Shown here: positions 62,378 through 64,000 of the stretch, in pieces
Numbering within the stretch: the stretch's first letter is position 1
How the letters are laid out: each line of letters starts with the position of its first letter
From: an uncultured Verrucomicrobiae bacterium
Lineage (GTDB): Bacteria > Verrucomicrobiota > Verrucomicrobiia > Limisphaerales > UBA1096
Length of the DNA: 64,000 bases
Direction: 5' to 3'
Assembly: GCA_937770485.1 (NCBI GenBank)
Contig: CALJHX010000010.1
Span: 33,901-97,900, forward strand
Translations under genes and position numbers: made by a program
Notes under the pieces: generated by a model
Told to the model about the DNA's origin: nothing
Seen by the model: the letters and a program-made list of their open reading frames with translations, nothing else
Databases searched by the model: none

Positions 62378-64000
62378 ATGAGCAAAGCCACTTTGAGTTG
62401 GGGCGTCTGTCTACTGTTTTTGACGGTGGGCTGCAATCGCGCTCCCCTTCCCTTCACGGAACAGTCAGATTCGGCACCCATTGTTTCCGAGCCGCTGCGT
62501 GAACGGATCGCCCGGGAGGAAGGCGCGCCGTTGTTTGAACGTCTTTCAACAGGTCATACCGGTGTCGAGTTCTCTCAACGGCTCGCGAAGGATCACCGGC
62601 TTAGCAGACTCAACAGTTCCGGCTTTGTCTGTGGCGGGGTCTGCATTGGCGACTTCAATGGGGACGGCCGGCCGGATCTTTTTTTGGTCAACGGCCCGGA
62701 CAAGAACAGTCTATTTCTCCAGAAAGACGATTTCCGCTTTGAGGATGTGACCCAACAGGCCGGGGTTGACGGGGAGGATGCCTGGGGGGCCGGGGCGGCG
62801 GCGGTCGATTTCGACGGGGACGGCGACTTGGACCTGTATGTTTGCAACTACGATTCGCCCAACCAACTTTTCATCAATGACGGCACCGGAAAGCAGTTCT
62901 CCGACGAGGCAGAAGCGCGGGGACTGGCGATGGTCGATGCCTCTCTGACGCCGTCGTTTGTCGATCATGACCGGGATGGCGATCTAGACCTGTTCGTCCT
63001 GACCAACCGCTACTACCGCCCTGGCGGGCGACCCTCTAAAGAGCCCTTCTTCATGGACAACGGCCGCCCGAAAATCCTCCCTAATTTCGAGAAATACTAC
63101 GACCTGCGTAAGGTTGGGCCGTCGAACTACACCATCGACACTTGCGGCCGCCCGGATCGCCTTTTCCAGAATGACGGTACGGGGCATTTCACCGATGTCA
63201 GCGAGAGCGCCGGGATCACGGAAAAAGGTCATGGTCTCTCGGCGACGTGGTGGGATCACGACCGGGACGGATGGCCCGATCTGTACGTAGCCAACGATTT
63301 CACCGACCCGGAGCACCTCTACCGCAATAACGGCGACGGCACGTTCACCGATGTGCTGGAGCAGGCGATGCCGTACACGAGTTGGTCCTCGATGGGGGCG
63401 GACTGCGCCGATCTGAACAACGACGGGCTGCTCGACCTGTTTGTCGCCGACATGGCCGCTACGACACACTACAAGTCCAAGGTCACCATGGGCGACATGG
63501 GCGACCGGCGCTGGTTCCTCGAGAATGCCTGGCCGCGCCAGATCATGCGCAACAACCTCTTCCTCAATACCGGCACGGCGCGCTTCATGGAGACAGCCTT
63601 CCTCTGCGGACTAGCCGGCACGGACTGGACCTGGGCCATTAAGCTGGCCGACTTCGACAACGACAGCCGCGTCGATGTCTTCGTCACCAACGGCGCCTCG
63701 CGCATGAATACCGACGCCGATTTTCCGGTCACCGCCAACATGCTTGTCGGCAAGACTGAGTGGGAACTGTGGAAGGAACAGCCCACAATGAAGGAGGTCA
63801 ACCTCGCCTTCCAAAACAAGGGCGATTTGCAGTTCGAGCAGACATCCAAGCAGTGGGGCCTTGACCACGAGGGCGTAAGCTACTCCGCCGCCTACGGCGA
63901 CCTCGACGGCGACGGCGACCTCGACCTCGTTGTGGCCAATATCGACGAGCCGACGAGTATCTACCGGAACCTCGGCCATGAAGGCCACCGCATCGTCGTC
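62378..64000 (+). CDS. CRTAC1/ASPIC-UnbV family FG-GAP lipoprotein (3'-truncated by window edge; absent from ORF track)
   Basis: Hand translation: MSKATLSWGVCLLFLTVGC lipobox; GDFNGDGRPDLF, DFDGDGDLDLYV, DHDRDGWPDLYVAND, DWTWAIKLADFDND, GDLDGDGDLDLVV; frame stays open to the end. Confidence 0.92.
   Translation, partial: MSKATLSWGVCLLFLTVGCNRAPLPFTEQSDSAPIVSEPLRERIAREEGAPLFERLSTGHTGVEFSQRLAKDHRLSRLNSSGFVCGGVCIGDFNGDGRPDLFLVNGPDKNSLFLQKDDFRFEDVTQQAGVDGEDAWGAGAAAVDFDGDGDLDLYVCNYDSPNQLFINDGTGKQFSDEAEARGLAMVDASLTPSFVDHDRDGDLDLFVLTNRYYRPGGRPSKEPFFMDNGRPKILPNFEKYYDLRKVGPSNYTIDTCGRPDRLFQNDGTGHFTDVSESAGITEKGHGLSATWWDHDRDGWPDLYVANDFTDPEHLYRNNGDGTFTDVLEQAMPYTSWSSMGADCADLNNDGLLDLFVADMAATTHYKSKVTMGDMGDRRWFLENAWPRQIMRNNLFLNTGTARFMETAFLCGLAGTDWTWAIKLADFDNDSRVDVFVTNGASRMNTDADFPVTANMLVGKTEWELWKEQPTMKEVNLAFQNKGDLQFEQTSKQWGLDHEGVSYSAAYGDLDGDGDLDLVVANIDEPTSIYRNLGHEGHRIVV

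Noticed and set aside
1-64000. CRISPR array, tRNA/rRNA, IS element or prophage
   Set aside because: No regularly spaced repeats, RNA gene signatures, transposase, integrase or phage genes recognised.

Overview
A GC-rich bacterial chromosomal window, inferred from gene content to be Verrucomicrobiota (probably a Pedosphaerales/Limisphaerales-type aquatic lineage). The left half (1-31 kb) mixes core genes (pnp, rpsO, an LMW-phosphatase/RpiB/GlyA triple fusion, rho, mutL, a six-gene TtpC-type TonB operon) with phosphatases, transporters, a RidA/D-threonine-aldolase-family module and prepilin-like H-X9-DG genes. The right half (31-64 kb) is a cell-surface island. Four observations stand out. (1) Two copies of an ~8 kb gene for a giant secreted LamG/PA14 lectin-like protein are nearly identical over 6.6 kb but carry two different N-terminal modules, swapped between three conserved DNA anchors. 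(2) Each copy is bordered by a decayed copy of the 5' end of the neighbouring ASPIC/UnbV gene, like an att/duplication scar. (3) A 14-bp palindrome, CGCTTGGCCAAGCG, is heavily over-represented in all reading frames and in intergenic DNA, resembling cyanobacterial HIP1. (4) A ~55-75 aa C-terminal domain is shared by unrelated secreted proteins and also occurs as an orphan, a candidate sorting signal. Several pseudogenes and orphan gene tails indicate rapid turnover. No rRNA, tRNA, CRISPR array, integrase, transposase or reverse transcriptase was seen. All calls come from reading the sequence by eye; no database searches were run.
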